From positions 1 to 53,475 of the forward strand of contig DAOTZR010000037.1 in NCBI GenBank assembly GCA_034434315.1: a stretch of DNA of 53,475 nt, given 5' to 3'. The notes beneath the pieces are model-generated. The model was not told the DNA's origin and searched no databases. It saw only the letters and a list, made by a program, of their open reading frames with translations. Origin of the DNA: Anaerolineae bacterium (GTDB lineage: Bacteria; Chloroflexota; Anaerolineae; B4-G1; SLSP01). Both the position numbers and the translations under genes were made by a program. Of the stretch, positions 51,755 through 53,475 are shown piece by piece (position 1 is the first letter of the stretch; each line of letters starts with the position of its first letter).

Positions 51755-52600
51755 ATGAGTCGGCAACTCGTGCAACGCCTGGGTTTCATCCTGATTTCCG
51801 CGGTAGCCGTTCTGGTCATTCTGCCCATCTTTTTCATTGTGGGCTCCATCACCTGGCAAGGCCTGCCGGCCATCCATTGGAAGTTCCTCAGCGATTTTCC
51901 CTCGCACGGCATGAAGGCCGGGGGAATTTTGCCTGCCATTGTGGGGACCTTCTGGCTGACCCTGGGAACCGCAGTGGTAAGTGTGCCGATTGGCGTCGGT
52001 GCGGGGATTTATCTGGCCGAGTATGCTCGCGATTCCTTCCTGACCCGCGCCATTCGCATTGCCATCATCAACCTGGCCGGCATCCCCTCGGTCGTTTACG
52101 GCTTGTTCGGCCTGGGCCTCTTCGTGTTGTTCCTGGGCTTTGGCACTTCGATTGTGGCCGCATCTCTGACCCTGGGCATCATGACCCTACCGGTCATCAT
52201 CAGCACCACCGAAGAAGCGGTGCGCGCCGTGCCTCAAGCCTACCGCGCCATCAGCATCAGCCTGGGGGGGACGCGCTGGCAGACCATCTACCGCATTGTG
52301 ATTCCCCAAGCCCTGCCGGGGATCATGACCGGCATCATTCTGGGTCTGGAACGCGCTGCGGGAGAGACCGCCCCCATCCTTTTTACCGGAGCGGCCTTTT
52401 TCCTGCCGCGCCTGCCCCACTCTGTCTTTGACCAGACCATGGCGCTGCCCTATCACCTGTTCGTCATCAGCACCCAGGTTCCAGGCATGCCGGTGCAAAT
52501 CCAATACGGCACGGCCCTGGTCCTGTTGAGCTTTGTCCTTTCGATGAACTTCATCGCCACCATGATCCGTAATCGTTATCGCCGTAATCGCGCCTGGTGA
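51755..52600 (+). CDS. pstA: Phosphate ABC transporter permease PstA
   Basis: 281 aa with permease loop SLGGTRWQTIYRIVIPQALPGI. Confidence 0.9.
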   Translation: MSRQLVQRLGFILISAVAVLVILPIFFIVGSITWQGLPAIHWKFLSDFPSHGMKAGGILPAIVGTFWLTLGTAVVSVPIGVGAGIYLAEYARDSFLTRAIRIAIINLAGIPSVVYGLFGLGLFVLFLGFGTSIVAASLTLGIMTLPVIISTTEEAVRAVPQAYRAISISLGGTRWQTIYRIVIPQALPGIMTGIILGLERAAGETAPILFTGAAFFLPRLPHSVFDQTMALPYHLFVISTQVPGMPVQIQYGTALVLLSFVLSMNFIATMIRNRYRRNRAW

Positions 52601-52605
52601 GGTCC

Positions 52606-53370
52606 ATGGAACCCCAAGTCAAAATTCGCATCGAAAACTTTTCCCTGCGCTATTCGGATGGCGTAGAAAGCCTGCGTGCCATCACTTTGAACATTTACGC
52701 GAACCAAATCAACGTGCTGTTCGGGCCTGCAGGCGGCGGCAAAAGCTCATTACTGCGTGCTATCAACCGATTGAACGACCTGGTGGACGTGATCGAACGA
52801 TCCGGGCGCATTCTGCTGGACGGAGAGGATATTTACGCGCCCGGCTATGACGTGATCGCCCTGCGACGCCGTGTAGGCATCGTTTTTGCCCGACCGGTTT
52901 CGTTGCCCATGAGCGTCTACCGCAACCTGACCTACGGCCTGGAACTGGCGGGGATTCGGGACAAAACCATCCTGGACGAGGCGGTTGAGCGTAGCCTGCG
53001 TCAGGCGGCCTTATGGGATGAGATGAAAGACCGTCTGCACGATCCCGCTTATGCCCTCTCCGGTGGGCAACAACAACGCCTCTCCCTGGCCCGCACCCTG
53101 GCCCTGCAGCCCGAAGTGATTATGCTGGATGAGCCGACTTCAGCCCTGGACCCCATCTCAACAGCCAGGATCGAAGACACCCTGCAAGAACTGAAGCAAA
53201 CCTACACCATCATCATCGTGCCCCACAATGTCCAGCAAGCCGCGCGCGTCGCCGATTGGGCCAGCTTCTTCCTCCAAAGCGAGCTTATTGAGCACGGCCC
53301 AGGCCATGAACTGTTCATCAATCCTAAGGATAAGCGCACCGAGGATTACATCGCTGGACGTTTTGGCTGA
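52606..53370 (+). CDS. pstB: Phosphate ABC transporter ATP-binding protein PstB
   Basis: ATG 52606 (MEPQVKIRIENFSL). Walker A GPAGGGKSS, signature LSGGQQQRLSLAR and Walker B IMLDEPTSALD. Confidence 0.95.
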   Translation: MEPQVKIRIENFSLRYSDGVESLRAITLNIYANQINVLFGPAGGGKSSLLRAINRLNDLVDVIERSGRILLDGEDIYAPGYDVIALRRRVGIVFARPVSLPMSVYRNLTYGLELAGIRDKTILDEAVERSLRQAALWDEMKDRLHDPAYALSGGQQQRLSLARTLALQPEVIMLDEPTSALDPISTARIEDTLQELKQTYTIIIVPHNVQQAARVADWASFFLQSELIEHGPGHELFINPKDKRTEDYIAGRFG

Positions 53371-53386
53371 TCTTCGAAAACAAATT

Positions 53387-53475
53387 GTAACTACCTACTG
53401 TTAAACTAAATTTCGAATACTGGATGCTTGTAAGCGCTGACTTTGACCCTTACCTCACCCTCTGGCCCCGCTCCT
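53387..53475 (-). repeat. Dispersed repeat unit, copy B (inverted relative to copy A; truncated by the window edge)
   Basis: The reverse complement aligns to 14215-14311. It starts 17 nt after the pstB stop and continues beyond position 53475. Confidence 0.8.

Overview
This 53.5-kb window is visibly GC-rich, densely coding and looks like core chromosome, not an island. I call 50 protein-coding genes, one of them partial at the left edge and missing from the ORF track. There is also 1 decayed pseudogene, 2 tRNAs (Leu-CAA, Glu-UUC), and several sigma70-type promoters and intrinsic terminators. I found no rRNA, CRISPR array, transposase, reverse transcriptase or phage genes. Content is mainly housekeeping: fmt, yebC-ruvC-ruvA, asparaginase, a homocysteine methyltransferase/MTHFR fusion, rpsF-ssb-rpsR, relA/spoT, smc, recA, dnaB with DnaD-like and DnaC-like loaders, trmI, prs, a thiol-redox cluster, and pstSCAB. 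The combination of a DnaB/DnaD/DnaC-type loader set, DarA-type PII proteins, TtuA/TtuB, Pro/Thr-rich linkers and a giant dual kinase suggests a Chloroflexota-like, possibly thermophilic, organism; this is inference only. The best candidate for something undescribed is the ~770-bp gene-free gap between convergent genes at 13746-14517. It holds a 276-nt GC-rich module closed by a 17-nt inverted repeat, a perfect 15-bp polypyrimidine/polypurine hairpin, and a ~95-nt repeat unit. A second, inverted copy of that unit abuts pstB at the right window edge (53387-53475), about 39 kb away. Other notable items: a 2020-aa Ser/Thr-kinase/STAND/TPR/3xGAF/His-kinase protein directly upstream of relA; a tandem-duplicated DnaC-like loader with a zinc ribbon; a long+short pair of DarA-like c-di-AMP receptors coupled to an MFS transporter and a zinc-ribbon protein; a Xer-like recombinase whose catalytic residues look degenerate; an orphan B12-binding mutase subunit with MeaB; and a structured leader before the methionine/folate fusion gene. 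All functional calls rest on motif recognition by eye. No database search was run.
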